Notes under the pieces: model-generated
Databases searched by the model: none
Told to the model about the DNA's origin: nothing
The model's input: the letters and a program-made list of their open reading frames with translations, nothing else
Shown here: positions 1 to 15,000 of the stretch, piece after piece
Numbering within the stretch: the stretch's first letter is position 1
How the letters are laid out: the number at the start of each line of letters is the position of its first letter
Translations under genes and position numbers: made by a program
Assembly: GCA_048937405.1 (NCBI GenBank)
Contig: JBHLNF010000003.1
Span: 128,001-192,000, forward strand
DNA: 64,000 nucleotides
Source of the DNA: Promethearchaeota archaeon
GTDB taxonomy: Archaea; Asgardarchaeota; Lokiarchaeia; Sigyniarchaeales; SOKP01
Direction of reading: 5' to 3'

Positions 1-3000
1 ATATTTAAAGATGTAGGTCAATTTAATGGAGCCCCTGTCGAGGTGTTCATTAACGGATTTGAATACGGTACAGCAGTTTCAAACGGCACTCATTATGTTG
101 TTTTGTTCGGTCAGGAAAATAATGAGGACACGCTTCTTGCATATTCAAAATCACTGATAAGCGATTACATACATTCAACTATCAATCCGCTATCTCACGT
201 TAGCTGGGAGTTTTCAAATGATGATCTATTTGGTGTTATTCAACATGTGCTTGTCGATCAACCAATCACAATAGTAAATCCACTTACTTATAATGCAACA
301 GCGATAATGCAGTTAGATACTATTTATGATCAAACATTTAGGATGGCAAAATATGTCAGACCTGGTAAAGAGGCATATTATTGCAATGCTACTACAGGTG
401 AGTTATTATATCTTGATCTGGGTTATGATTATATGATTTTACAGGATGGGACGGTTAAATTTCCAGATGGGTCATTTATCTTTGATTTATATGAGAACCA
501 TTCAAGTGAAGTACAGGACGGTTTTATTTATTTCGAGTACAGTGCCTCTGATGTATATGATCAACTAACGCTCTCCAATGCTGAAGGTTTGTTCATTAAT
601 TTTACCATGCCAGATTTATATTACAATCACACCACAATTGATACACTTACTGTTCGATTAAACGACTTTTCTGGAAAGTCATTTGCAAAAATATTTTACG
701 ACATCGATCTTCGAGAATTTTTCCAAGAGGATGTAAAAAGCAAATATGAACAAACGATATTCGGTCTGAGTAAAATGATGACAATACCGTTGTACATCGA
801 TTTCAGAGAATTTATTCTTTCAAACACTGACGCAATGTTTGACATGAGTCTAATAGAATCTATTTCATTTGAAATTGTTGATTCTGCTCGATGGCCAGGA
901 TCCTTCATGAAAACGTACGAAGAAGAAGGATATACCGTGTTGAATCTACCGTATCAGAGAGTTGGAATACAGGATATTAAGTTGTATAATTTAATCAGTG
1001 ATAATGTAGATGATCAAGACGGGTTTGTGACCTCAGAAATAGAAGTACGATGTCCAGAGTATCATGACATATTTGCAACAGACACATTTAATATTGCTAA
1101 GATGAATGTAGAATTTACAGATGTTTCGGTAATATGTGACGGAGTGAATATCAATTACTATAACAGATCAATAGATGTAGAATTTTCTGATAGAATTGAA
1201 TTGTATATGCATTATGATTCAACATCTGGTGTAATTCCGTTGTATGACTTGGTTAATTTACCAATATATTTAGTGAATGCAAGTAATGTAGATCAGGCAT
1301 TCTCCTTTGACAGTCTTCATCATATTACAAAAGAAGATGTGAATGCTCCCGATGGATTTTATTCCGATTATTATTATGCAAAATTTGCCGTTCCGAAAGA
1401 ACTTGGAGAGTATAACTTAACCTTTAATTCACTAGGTACTCCTATGCATAATCTTATCATCGGTGGAATATCAGAGGTCGCAATGTGGAGTTTTGGTGAG
1501 AATGATACGGCATTCGACTTGATCGGTGACAAAGACGGTATGATTGTCGGAGCAACACAGGTCGATGGAAAGGTTGGTCGTGCATTATATTTCGAAAATT
1601 CAAATGATGATCATGTTGAAATACAGCCAGTGTTTGATGATTACCAAGACTATTTCACATTTGCTGCTTGGGTAAATGCAGAAAGTTTATCTACATATCA
1701 TTCATTATTCGGAGAGTATACTGGACAATATGCAAGAAATCACATTTATATCGGTACGAATGGTGAAGTCGTATTTGATCACAACCTACCGGCTGGAGGA
1801 GAAGCGACAAGTATCAACAATTTGATTACAATAGGATCGTGGATACATGTAGCCGTGGTGAAAGATAATGATACTGTGTACTTTTATAAGAACGGCGAGC
1901 AATTTGGTAGCGGTGTATCTCACGCTGAGAAGTATACATCAGGGAACCCCACAATATCAGGATTAGGAGGTAGGTATGACGGGGGGTGGGATTATGGGTT
2001 TGACGGAACACTTGATGACATACGACTTTATAGTAGATCTCTATCTGAAGATCATATAAAGTTCTTGTATCATAATGGCTATGGTAGATCTCAGCGATTA
2101 AATACACTAGTGCAATTTTCAGTAAACGTTACTCAAGAATCATTAAATGAGGAGCCGATCTATCTTGAAAATGATAGATATGAACTTGAATACGGAGAAT
2201 CATTAATACTTAGTGGAGCAGTGTTAGATAACGATATATATATAATAGAGGATGAAGTGCACGAATACAACTATCAGGAAGCATTAGGAGACGGAACCAC
2301 AACTAGCACCACAACTCACACACTTGATATCATCGCACCGTTCGGAGATGACTCATTCATTGATAAAAATGAATTTGCTATCTATTATATATCAGATACA
2401 TTAGAAAAACTTCCGTTGTACGTGAAAATGGATGGAAAGCTATTCATTGATACAGAAATTATATCTATCGAAAAGCTTCCAGAAATAGTGTATGTTAACG
2501 ATAAATATGTCCTTAATATACACTGGGAAACAAATCCAATAACAGGTTGTCATATTAATTATAATACTATGTTGTTGATTTCATATAAAATGATTAGAGG
2601 ACATCCAATTACCCCGATGTCGTACAGCTCTGAAGATGCATACGGACATGATAAGAAAGAAAATTTACATGAGATACCATTTGCTCGATATGATATAATT
2701 ACCGATAGTTGGATAACAAAAGATGACTATACAGAATCATTCTTTATTGATAAACAATTTATTGTAGAAGGAAATGTTACGGTTAATTCTGTGCTTATTG
2801 AAGGTCCGACCTATTTTGATGGTCAAGAGATCAAACTGGGTATTATTGGAATTGATAATGTGTATGTGAATAAGAGTAACGCTGATGTGTATGTACAACT
2901 TGATCCTCAAAACTATACATGGTTTATAGATGCAAGTGGCAGACTTAATGTTACATACTTGAATTTTGAAACTGGTGATGTGTGGTTTGTTGAGTACTGC

Positions 3001-6000
3001 TCTTATTATCCTTTGGAATTATCACACTCCTTGAAAAAATCATCATCTTACTTAACTAGTATTATGATTCATTCGAGTAATGACACTTCTCAATATCATA
3101 CTTTTACAACTAGTGAATATATAAATGCAACAGATGGATATGCTATTTACTTATTAGATCTGTATAACACGGCATTCTCTCTGGGTTTTGATATCGGTGA
3201 TGAAATAGTAGTTAAGTACCACGCCCCATTAACGAGAAAGGTTGATCTTTCATGTCAAGTACTGTTATTATTACAGGATAACAATAGCAATTATAGACCG
3301 ATTGATATGATACAAATTGACAGTTATGGGATGTTTAAATATGATCAACAATTTACCAATGATGGTCCTCTTTCATTACCGTTAAATAGTAAAACACTAG
3401 TGAATTTGAAGCTTGCCTATTTACCGCTACAGGTATATAATACTTCAGCCGGCGAATTAGTGAATATTAGTTATTCAGATCCGACTGTAGGAAGTATTTA
3501 TCCATATAAATCTAGTAGTAAATGGGTAAAAAGTTTTAAAATCATGACGATCCAAGATCAAGTGAAATTAGAGTTCGTCGATTTTGAGTTACAGCCAATA
3601 GTAGTGAACCAAAAATTCATAGAAGAACGTGATTATAAGTTCACCTATAACCCATTATATGCTTTAGAAGAAGGGGAAGAATATACAGCATTAAATCTTG
3701 ATGTAATGACACGAGAGGACTACACCTTTACCTTTAAATTGACAAATTCAGAGGATAAGCCTATTAATAATTCTATAGTATGGTTACATATTGGATTTAT
3801 GCCGAAGAGTGTCTCCGGATTCATTGACGACGGTCTAGAAATAGAGGAATTAGGAGGAATTTCACCGTATTATGAAATTTTAGGCACTGAAATAGGTACA
3901 ACAAAGGGACCCGGAATGGGTCCGAATAATATGTTCGGAAGACCATTAACATATGAAGTTGAATATAAGTCATTGAACAGAAGTGCCTACGGTCCATATA
4001 TATGGACATTTGGTACGACAGATGTATTTGGCAAGGTGTCGTTTGATCTATCGTTTGATAATGAATATTTATCTGACTTTTCTACAATATTTGGAACGGT
4101 CTCGGGAATAAAATCATTAGACGATATTTCACTTTATATAAGAGCATTTACAACAGAGTTCAGATGGCAAGATTTCATCATTCATTCACCCGAGCAGTAT
4201 ATCTGTTCACAAAACGGAATCATCTTTAATTCTAGTAGCAATATTTTACGTGAATATGATCTAATGCAACTCAAGTTCCAAGACAGTACATATGCAGAAG
4301 GGGTTATTGAGTTGCACAAAAAGGATATTGCATTAGGGTGTTCTGATCGTATTTCCTATGATCTTCCCTATACTGATGAGTTTCAAAGTGCCCAACTTGA
4401 AAATCTTCGCTTATTTGTATACGTTACAGAGGCAAATGTAATTGGAGGTAACATCGGCACGACAGTTGAATCATTAGATGGGCTTCATGAGGTACTTGAG
4501 TTGGAACCAACTCCTGTAAATGTACTCGCACAAAATTACAGCTATTATGCTTTACTTCAGATACTCGATCCTGCAGGAAACAATGTAAAGCAAGCCTACT
4601 TGCCAATACAACCAAGCGGTGATGGTGGATATATAGAAATTGCAAATTGGACTATGGAAGAAATTCTAAACACGGCGGGACCTGGTGTTTCAACGATACA
4701 AATTCAAGTTCAAGAAACAGAGTATTATAAGGCTTCTCCTGTAGTACGAGTCCCCCTAGAAATTAGACCCCCCAACTGGCTTCGTTTTGGGGAGAAAAAT
4801 ATGCAGATCGATCTGATTGATCCATTTATCGCCTCTTGGGGTTCTGCATTTGATGGAAGTGGGTTGATGCCATTTGAGAGCAATTATCCGCATCTGATTG
4901 GCACACTGTGGATTGATCCACACTTTGAAAACGGAGAAGAACTTTCTATAGAAGATTATATTGAGATAGGATTGACCTGCACCTCCTTTAATGAATCTGG
5001 AGGGATAAGCGGTGTCACTGATTTACGAGAACCCATCATGTTTCGTCCAGGTAATTATGAAGGATTCTTAACGTTTGATGTGGGATTAGGTCCAGAAGAT
5101 GCATTTTTGATGGGAACCGAGTGCATGCTGAATTTAACATTCGATATTGATTATATTGAACAAGAGGTATATAACGAAAGTAGAGATATCAATATCTATC
5201 TGCTTGATCTCCGAATGGTCAATAATCCATCAGCGAATAACCCAAATATTATCTGGTCACTATATGAAGATAAATTCAAAGATATCGCATTTCCAGTAAA
5301 AAATGAGTTATTAAGTATATCAACAGAAACTGGAATACTTTTATTGGGTGGAATTTCTGGTACAGAAGCATACGGAGTTGAAGAGTACTTCCTCTATGAT
5401 CCAGATCAGGTTACCTATGCAACGGATCCTGAAAATCCACAATTATCATTACTTGGGTTAGATAACGTAGAACCTCTTGCTGTTATAGGCACAAATGGTA
5501 CCGAAACAAATTATATTTTTGTAAAAAACGTTGATTGGCAAGAAGGAACGACTATGACCGAGATCGAATTTCTGGGAAATGATGTTCCAAATAACGATTC
5601 AGAATTCAAGGTGATCTATCAGTATAACTTTGATTTCGGTTCGAACTATTTCGGAAACGTAACACTTGGAGCTTCAAACAATGTTAGTAAGAGTTATATA
5701 GAATTTGATTTAACTGGAGGATTTTTACCAAGTAGTGAAGACAGTAGATCTTCCATGTTTGTAAGGTATTTTGACAACTTTGTTGGTAATAATATTGATA
5801 AAAATTTCAATTTAACCTATACTATTGAAAATGCAGATCTATCGGATTTTGTCATTTATAATGAAGAGGAATTGAACGCTTCATTTACAGGAGTCATAAA
5901 GAAGATTGACAACGGAGCGTTACAAATTGAACTTACTGATATTCCTGCTAATGGTCAAAAATTCAACGTGTCATATGGCATCCGATCTCAGTACGAATTA

Positions 6001-9000
6001 AGCTACGGCTTCCAGAAATTTAATAAGTCTTACAGTGATTCGGTTCGGTTGATTCACAATGATGAAGAGCACCAGGATTCAATATTAGATACTCAGGAAA
6101 TTCCATTGATCACTACCAAATTGAATGAACCTTCCTTATATGTGTCAATGGACCCCTCGGATGAAGAAACTATTCTAGAATTATATAACCTACTTATAGC
6201 CTATAATCCTGAATTAAACTTTACTATAGTACTTGATCCGATAGTTGTAAATCAGATAGAAGCATTTAACAATGATTTTAATACACTTAGTGTCGAGTTT
6301 TATTATGTAAAACATGATATGGGAGTCTATTATTCAGATTATATTGAAATTCCGTTGAATTATAGTGAATTTGTATTAGATCTTGAAGAAGATGGTAGTT
6401 ATCGGATTAATTATAATAAAGATCTGTTTGGACTATATTCTGATTTTGGAGTTTCGTCAATGGATATATATATTTCAATTTCACAGGTGAGCGAGGGATG
6501 TAATTTCATTCCATATGTAATCATTGAAGATTTTGATTATCTCAGTGATGATCATTTTATAGAAATGTATGATAGAATACCAAGAGACAGTAATAATAAT
6601 ATAGATGTAAAGGCAGTCATTGGAACTCCTCATTATTTCCAAATATTTACCGAGCCTTTACGAACAAGTACCTTGTATAATGTATCATCTCCTTTCGATC
6701 TTTTAGAAAACTCTATAGTAACTGTCGGATTGACTGATCTACCACATTCTAGCTTAGTCTCACTGAATAATTATGAGTTTTCTTATTTAGGATCATCAAC
6801 ACCAATTGTTGTTAATGATGATGATTTCAACATGATTACTAACCTTGGATTATTTACTAATACTTATAATATTGAAGACTCTATTGTTCAGGATGGATTT
6901 GTCGATCTTTATTATGGTTCAGGAACAGAAGTGGACGGGTCAAAAGAGTATGATATTAAGATGAACATGTGGCCGTTGAACGATGTTATTGACTATACAT
7001 CAAATGTTTCTAATCAAATTATTGAATCATGGGAAAACTCATTGAACTTTACTTCCCAATTCTTAACTACTGATGAAATCACAGTATCAGGAACGGTTCT
7101 ATATCATCAGATATTTAACTTGGTTTCGGATGATACAGTAATCGGGGAAAATGAAATAAATGCCCTATTTGACGGTTATGATGTACCACATGCGATGCTT
7201 GGATTACGCCTTCCAGATGATATACAAATTGCATATGTCGGAACGGTTGGCAAACCATATGATTATTACCTATCTGTACAAGGTTTCCCTATCGGAAATC
7301 ATAAAACGAGCCACTGTATAAACTTGACAACTGGAGTTATCGACTCATTTGCATACAGTGAGAGTGTGATGATAGAAGATGATCACTATTCTATTGAATA
7401 TTTAGATAATGGAAGTAAGTATATCTTAATCTATGTAAGTAATTCTTCATTATATGCTGAAAATGATGAAATAATTGTAGATTATTGGGCATATCATACA
7501 TTTACAGAAGGAATCGATTACGAGATTCATGAAGATCCTGATGATCCCTATATGTCCGCGATCACTTGGAACCTTGAATATAATAATGTAAATGACTTTA
7601 AGATGCACCCTGATTTATCTACACAAACATCCTATACCATTGAATTCTCTGCTTTAGAATGGAAAGATGCAGGTGATAATTACGTATTACAACATAGTGA
7701 TGAATTTATTTTTCAACCATTAACCAAGACAAATATCTCTCTGTTATATGAAAAAGGAGATACCGAAAAAATGTTTAACATCCTCTATTATGTGCCCTTA
7801 GAGCGGTTCCCAGCACCCGACTTATTCACTTCTGTTGCTGTGAAGATATGGGATGGGAATGATATAAATTCATTGCAACTTTATTCTAATTTTAGAGCTG
7901 AATATATCCTTTCAGATACAGATTGCAACTGGATGTACTATCTAAATTTTACTGAAGTACAAAAAGATATTTCGATTGAACATCAAGGATTTGAAATATA
8001 CCCAGATACATCGGTATTAATAGAGGTGCAATTCAATTCTACTGTCATAAAATATCCATTGACATATACCCCATTTAACTACGATTATATAGAATCAACT
8101 CACGAAGTATACAACATTAACATCACAGTGGGAGAACTCGGCACCTATACCTCAAATGTGGATTCATTCTTTGATAAATATGTTATTCAGATCAAAGATA
8201 ACTATATCTACTTAAATGATACTGAAATAGATCCTCATACTAAGATCACCGTTAAGTATCGCCATAAATTACAGCCAGGGTTGCTTGATCGTAAGCATTT
8301 AGTAACTGTAACATATCCGTGGACAAATACTTTTACCACAATCGCAAGTGATATCACTTCTGTGGAAGACCTAGACACCGCCACATCATATAGAGAGAAA
8401 TACAGGAAATTATCGGGAAGCTCAATTATCGCACCCTTTGATTACTCCTTATCACTAGATGATATTTATACCCTTTATTTGAGTTATCGGTTGAATCAAC
8501 GGGACATCATTGAAGAAACATTTACATTTGAACCAGCAAAAGTGTGTAAAGATGGTACATATAATTATACCTATATGGATCACGGTATTGATAAGTATAT
8601 GGATGATGTCGTCATAGATGGGCAGCATTCAATCACTATCTATTATTATGATGAATGGGGACGTATCCAAACAGTAGAGGAAGAATGCTATACTGTAGAT
8701 TCGGTCAATAATATAATAACAATGCTACCAAGCGGTAGTAAGAATCCAATTCTCCAGAATGCTGTCCCTGAATTTTACGTATCATATCTTCCCGAAGGAA
8801 ATGATAAGAAATTCGAGAATTACGAATTTACCTACGACCCAAATAGAGAATTAAAAGATACCATTGAGGTGAGTAATTGGGAAGTCATCAATGGAAAAAG
8901 ATTAGATACAATTCCTATCTTTGAAGCACCGTATTTCATGGATGAGAGTGTAAGTACTCATGAAAATATAGTATGTTATGCTACACAATTAATGTCGTAT

Positions 9001-12000
9001 ATCAATACAACAACAAAATTACGATTTAATTTAAATGATGAACTTTTTGGATATGATACCGATCTTTTGGCAGATATACAGTCTGGACAGATTACCAACC
9101 TGCACATACGGACAGGTATTAGTAATTACGAGAGTATCGAGAGTCTTACTGTTCGACTCTTTAATACTACTCAACAAATTGAATCTGATCAAGTTTTCAC
9201 CATTGAAGAGCTTCTTAAGAGTAATTTCGTCATTAATATAGTATTACCATCCTACCACCATAATTTACAATACATTGAATTTGATGCGACTTTTACGGAA
9301 CGAGGTGAGTATTCAAGTGATAATGATAAAGGTATTACTCGTGTTGAATATATTGAATGGGATGAGCAATTAACTACTGTGGGTTCAAACGGATATAAGG
9401 TGATGGAATATGTACTTGGGTATGATCTTATAGAAAATACAAATATCTATCTTTACAATGATGTGTTACAATACCTCAAACTTCCTGATGGAATTTCTTT
9501 TGAATACACTCTCAAAGTGGATGCCTTTGAAAACATAATGTATGTCTTAGAAATTCCCGATGTGTATGTTAACCCAGATGATTCTAGTGAGAATCGCACC
9601 TTTGCAGATGGGGACATGCTTATTTTACGTTATAGCTCTCCCCCTAAAAAAGAAATTGGAATTGCAGTGGGTACGATGTACTTTGAAAAGGAGCAGTATG
9701 AGATGTCTATCCCAATCGCTGAAGTAATGTTGATTAATGCTTCGAATACCTTTAGTTATGATGAATTTATAAGTCCCTACTATTACAACATTCCTCTAGA
9801 AGTAACGCCGTTTGATACCGAATTTTCCAATTCTTTTAAGGCGGTTGCAATTGAGTTGGATATCTCAACATTAGCGGCATATAATGTGAGCAATGCTATC
9901 GAGTTTTCGAATATCATATTTTCTGTACCCGATCCTTCATATGAATTAACTATTGATCAAGTGGTTATTACTAGGAAAGATCATGGAAGATCAGACCATG
10001 AATATGTTGAACAGAACATCTGGAGATATACAGAGCTAGAAATGTTTGAGTCAGACGTAGATCCCAGTGATGATGTGTACAATCCAACATTTACTGAAAC
10101 ACCGATATTTTACAATGATGGCGGTGATAAATGGTTAAAGTATCTGGCGTTGTATGACGGTGCCGCTACATATTATGCGGGATTACCAGAAGGACAAGAT
10201 CAAGATCAATATCAATTACACTGGTCTCAACAATACAGTAATTTCACCTGGAATCCATCATTTGATAAATTTAAAGAGATATTTGGCATGCAGTATGAAT
10301 TACCTATGAGTATTGAACCAAATAGCTCTTTATATCTTGCCTACTGTACAAACACATCGTGGATGGAACCAATATATTTGGATTATAGTAATATAGACCT
10401 GAATTCTATTGCAGTAGTGTATGAGGGCGATACCTTTTCATTAGAGAATCGGTATTATTATTCTGAATTAGACAGAAATCTTACGGAACGACTGTACTAT
10501 GATTATGAAGTAGATCAGTTTTACAGCGATTCATTTACTGTATACAATACAGTGTCAACATATACCCATGAGTTCGATCTTGGCAATTTTACCCTTGAAA
10601 ATGATTTCATTAATGTGAGTGTGTATAGTATAAAAGGAATATATGCAAATTTCACTGATGTTACAATAGAAAATGATACAATCAACTATGAGGTGTACTT
10701 TGATAAGGCTGCAAACAATATTACCATTATAGACAAAATATCTGGAGATGGGGTCTTAAACCAGTTTGATCTAATTACCGTCATATTAAACTTTTCATAT
10801 GGACCTATTTCTACAAGCTCAAGCATCGAACTTTCGCACATGTTTAACAATTCTTATTTATCAGATCCTACGGCATCATTTTATGATTTACTTTCAATAT
10901 CATTTGAATATGTTGATGATCTTGAATTCGTGTTATTTAATGAGGATTACAGAACTATTACTACCTCAAATACTTTGTTTACTTCGATTGATTTTACAAG
11001 AAGTAGTGAGTTGGGTATAGATAAAAAACTCAATGGGTATGATACAAGCGTGTTCCTGAACTTTAAGATATTTTATGATCCATATAATGTGATTTATGAA
11101 GCGGATTTAGACGCTGATGGGAACATAGATTATCTACAAGAAATAGATATAAACAAAGATGGAATCACGGATATTAGAAAATTCGGAATCCAAGATGGGG
11201 AGTATCCTGAAGACATCATATGGCATACTATCATTCAAAATTATAAGACGCATGAATCATATGTTGATAAGCAAAAACAATCGAAAGCAACGAAATGGTT
11301 CGATCTAAATGATGATAGTTATTCTGAAATAGACTGGGGAGATCCAGGTATCTGGGCAATGATTTCACTAGCGATAGCTGGAATAGCCTTGTCTGGAGGG
11401 GCAACAGCTGCACTTGTTATCCCACCGATTGCAGGGGAGATCATGGTTTCAAGAGTAGATTACTGGGCAAAGAAATCAATAACACACGAAATGACTCAGC
11501 ACTATGATGTAAATACTGTATATCAAAGTGTAATAGTAGATGAAAATAAAGATGGGTATGCAGATACGGAAGTTACTTACGAACATATTGATACAGTAGT
11601 AAATTACGAATCAATAGACATTGAAACAACAATCATTGCTGCTAAACCTTATGGTTGGACAACGTATCTCTTGGATTATGTAGAGAGAAGTTTTAAGGAA
11701 TTTTTTGTAGGAGAAATAGAAGATAATGTGTTTAATGAAGAATTAACAGAAGAAATATTGAGTGATAAATCACTTGCAGTGCAGAAGTACGGAAGCACAG
11801 GAGAAACCTTGTTTAATACATTTGGAAAGGTTTCAAAAAACACAACTGTACTATACCGAGAAGAACGTATACGAGAAACAATTACTATTACGGATTGGGA
11901 GCAAGGAAAAATTAAAGAAACAAGGATTTACACAAACGATTTTGATGACCACATTACAAATTACGAAACATTTACGATAAAAGATCTCTACTCAGGGAAC

Positions 12001-15000
12001 ACACAGGTGGTAGAACTTGAGACTCACAGAATTCCAGATGAAGTGTCTATTGAAAAGAAGCATATTGATGATATTACTTGGGAAAATGATAAAATACCAG
12101 AGCAGTTCGATACAAAGATCACGATATTAGAAGACGGAACAACAGAAAGGAAAAACATCAATGAGAAACAACTCACGATCATTATTCCAAACAGGTTCAG
12201 TCTGTATAACGATATCTACAAGGGTAAATATAATAAGGATTTAGTTAAAAATGACACATTTACAATAACTGGAGTGGTTATTAAACCTATCGATGGGCAG
12301 GTGTATTACACTTCTGATATAGATCTGTATAAGGCTGGAATGGCCCAAACACAAGGATTCTATCTATATTACGATAGCGATGAAAACGGTTTTTATGAAA
12401 CCGTGTATGTACTCGATGAAGATCCGACGAATGATGGATCATATATAGTAATAGCAATCGGTTATAATTATGACGGAAGCCACGAATTTTCACCATATAA
12501 TCAGAAAACCGTTCGTACCTATGTAGAAAAAGATGATGAATTGGCAAGAAAGCCTTCCTTCAAAATAGGGTTCAGAAGGTACTCTTTCTCAAGGATTATG
12601 AGAGATGACAATCTATTTTTGAGTGATAATGATGGATTAGAAGCAAAAGATATGATATTTGAAATTTACCGATTGACATCATATAAAGGTTCAAATCCAG
12701 AGTTCTTTTATGAAGTCAAACAACGAGAGTACAGTCGAACAACAAACATTTTCGATAAATCATACTGGTCTGATGTAGCTGAACAGGTATTTATGTCAAC
12801 TGCAGCTGGCACTATCTCGGTGGTTGTTGGGGCAGCGGTGTTCGGATGGATAACGGGTGCTACATTAGGTTTTGGCGTTGCAGCTGGTAAGGTGGCACAA
12901 GAATTAGCTTCAATGCTTACCTACTTTGCGGTATATTCGATAATGAGTAAATATTTCATGGATGTCAAAGAATGGAAGAGCAGGCATCAAGAACGTGCCG
13001 TTACATTCTATCTTGAGGGATCTGAAATCAATAAACCGAAGTATCTAAATGACCGTACGAAATACGATGATATAGACGAGGATAGTCAAGCGGCTGCGGT
13101 AAAAGGTCATCCAGGCGGATACTATACATTAGTACGGGGTGGTCAGTTAGGATCAGAGTATCTTGCAGAAGCTGTAGTATCACCGAAAAATTCACGAAGA
13201 ACTAATGAAGGGCTAATTAATTACTATACCTATGGAGCTTGGACAAATGATCCATTTGTCTATGTTGGATTGAACTACGATGAGCAAAACTTAGATTATC
13301 TGCTACTTACTAGTGAATTATACTCCTACAATGATGAAGAGTATTACTCATATCGTGTTGGCCCAGGATTTGTAAGCATTCAGGATGGAAAAGAATATAA
13401 TGAGTATAAATACAATACTCTCGGATATTTAGAAAAAGCAATTGCAGAAGAAACAAATGGAGCGTTAAATGCAATTCTTCCTACGTGTGTAGGCGGAAGA
13501 CCAGAATATCTATTCATTGATAAAAATTCTGATTTGTATCAACTTGTGCTTCCGCAATCTCATTTATATCAATCCCTTGTTGTGAATCCTAATGTCTATG
13601 ATAATAATAATTTTGCGAACGGCATTCTTGATGTGGATATTGACCCGTCTGGCATAAAAGGAATAAATCCTTATGAAATGACTGTTATCGAACAACTCTT
13701 ATATAGTGCGAAGATACCGTTACATAACTTTAATTATGAAATAGTTAGTACCGTATTATATATACGGGATAAGAATGGTAATCCTAAAGCTGATGTAGAA
13801 CTAACCCAAGAAGTTGATTATTTGATTGATGAAGGTTCTCTTTATCTTTTAGCTCCCATTTACGAACTTCTTGCGCGAGATTCCAAGTTTGAAGAGTATA
13901 TGAATGCAAGAGCATCTGGATATTACTTCTCAATAAGTATTGAATTCAAACGGATAATACCAGATGATTCAGATGAAGATCACAAGATAGCATTGCAACA
14001 GGCAACATCCTATATTATCATGGAGTATTTCAACCAGTATGAATTTGCAACAACCACAGCTCGAATGACTGCAGAACTTGGATATACAGTACGTCTCACT
14101 GAAGTATCAACCGCCTTATCAGTAGTTGCAATGTATCTGAGTAAAGGATTAACCAAAGGTTTAGAAGAAAAATTCCTTGCAAAATCAACACTAACGGCCT
14201 CACAAACAGTGTCTAAGGCACTAACAGTAAAGAATCTATTACTTACCATGTTAAAAGAATCATTATCAGAAGTAATAGAAGAAACGATCTGGGATGCATA
14301 TATTGAACAATGGGTTAAAAATTACATTGAAGAAACGGGTGGAACAGCACAAATGGAATTCTGGTTATCTTCTATTTTAACCTCATTGAGGGAAACAGCG
14401 TTCGGTGCTGGTGATATATACAGGGGAATCCGTCAGGAGGTCCAATTACAGACCCAAATAAAGGCGTTTTCTCAACTTGATCCAACTCTACAGAATTTCA
14501 TGAGCGAGTTACGTCTACAAAATCCTGGTATCAGTGATAAACAATTGCGTATACAATATAGAGCTGATTTTGCTCAACTCCTCGCTGAAGAACAGCAAAA
14601 ACAAACCCAAAATAACAATCAAAAAGCACAAAATAAGAGAAGTTATAAAGAAGTCTTACGTAAAATTCCAACAGCACTGTTAAAAGGTATAATGGGTGCG
14701 ATGTTTATTTTCAACCTTGATGCATATGTAAAAACTTTCATCGGAGTTCTTGGCACTTCGGTGACATTAACCCCGATAAAAAATTACATGACTAAACAGC
14801 ATCAAAAACGAATAAATCCAGGATTATCTCTTGATGAGAAGCATCCAGTTAATGATATTGATCTAAATAAGCCAGCATCTCTTATCTTCGACCTAGAAGG
14901 TCGTCAAAAATTAATGACAGATAGAGATCTTGTCCTTCTTTCCTATTCGGCAAAGTTGCTTGATCCAAAAGCAATGGTCGATAGACAATTCGATAAAAGT

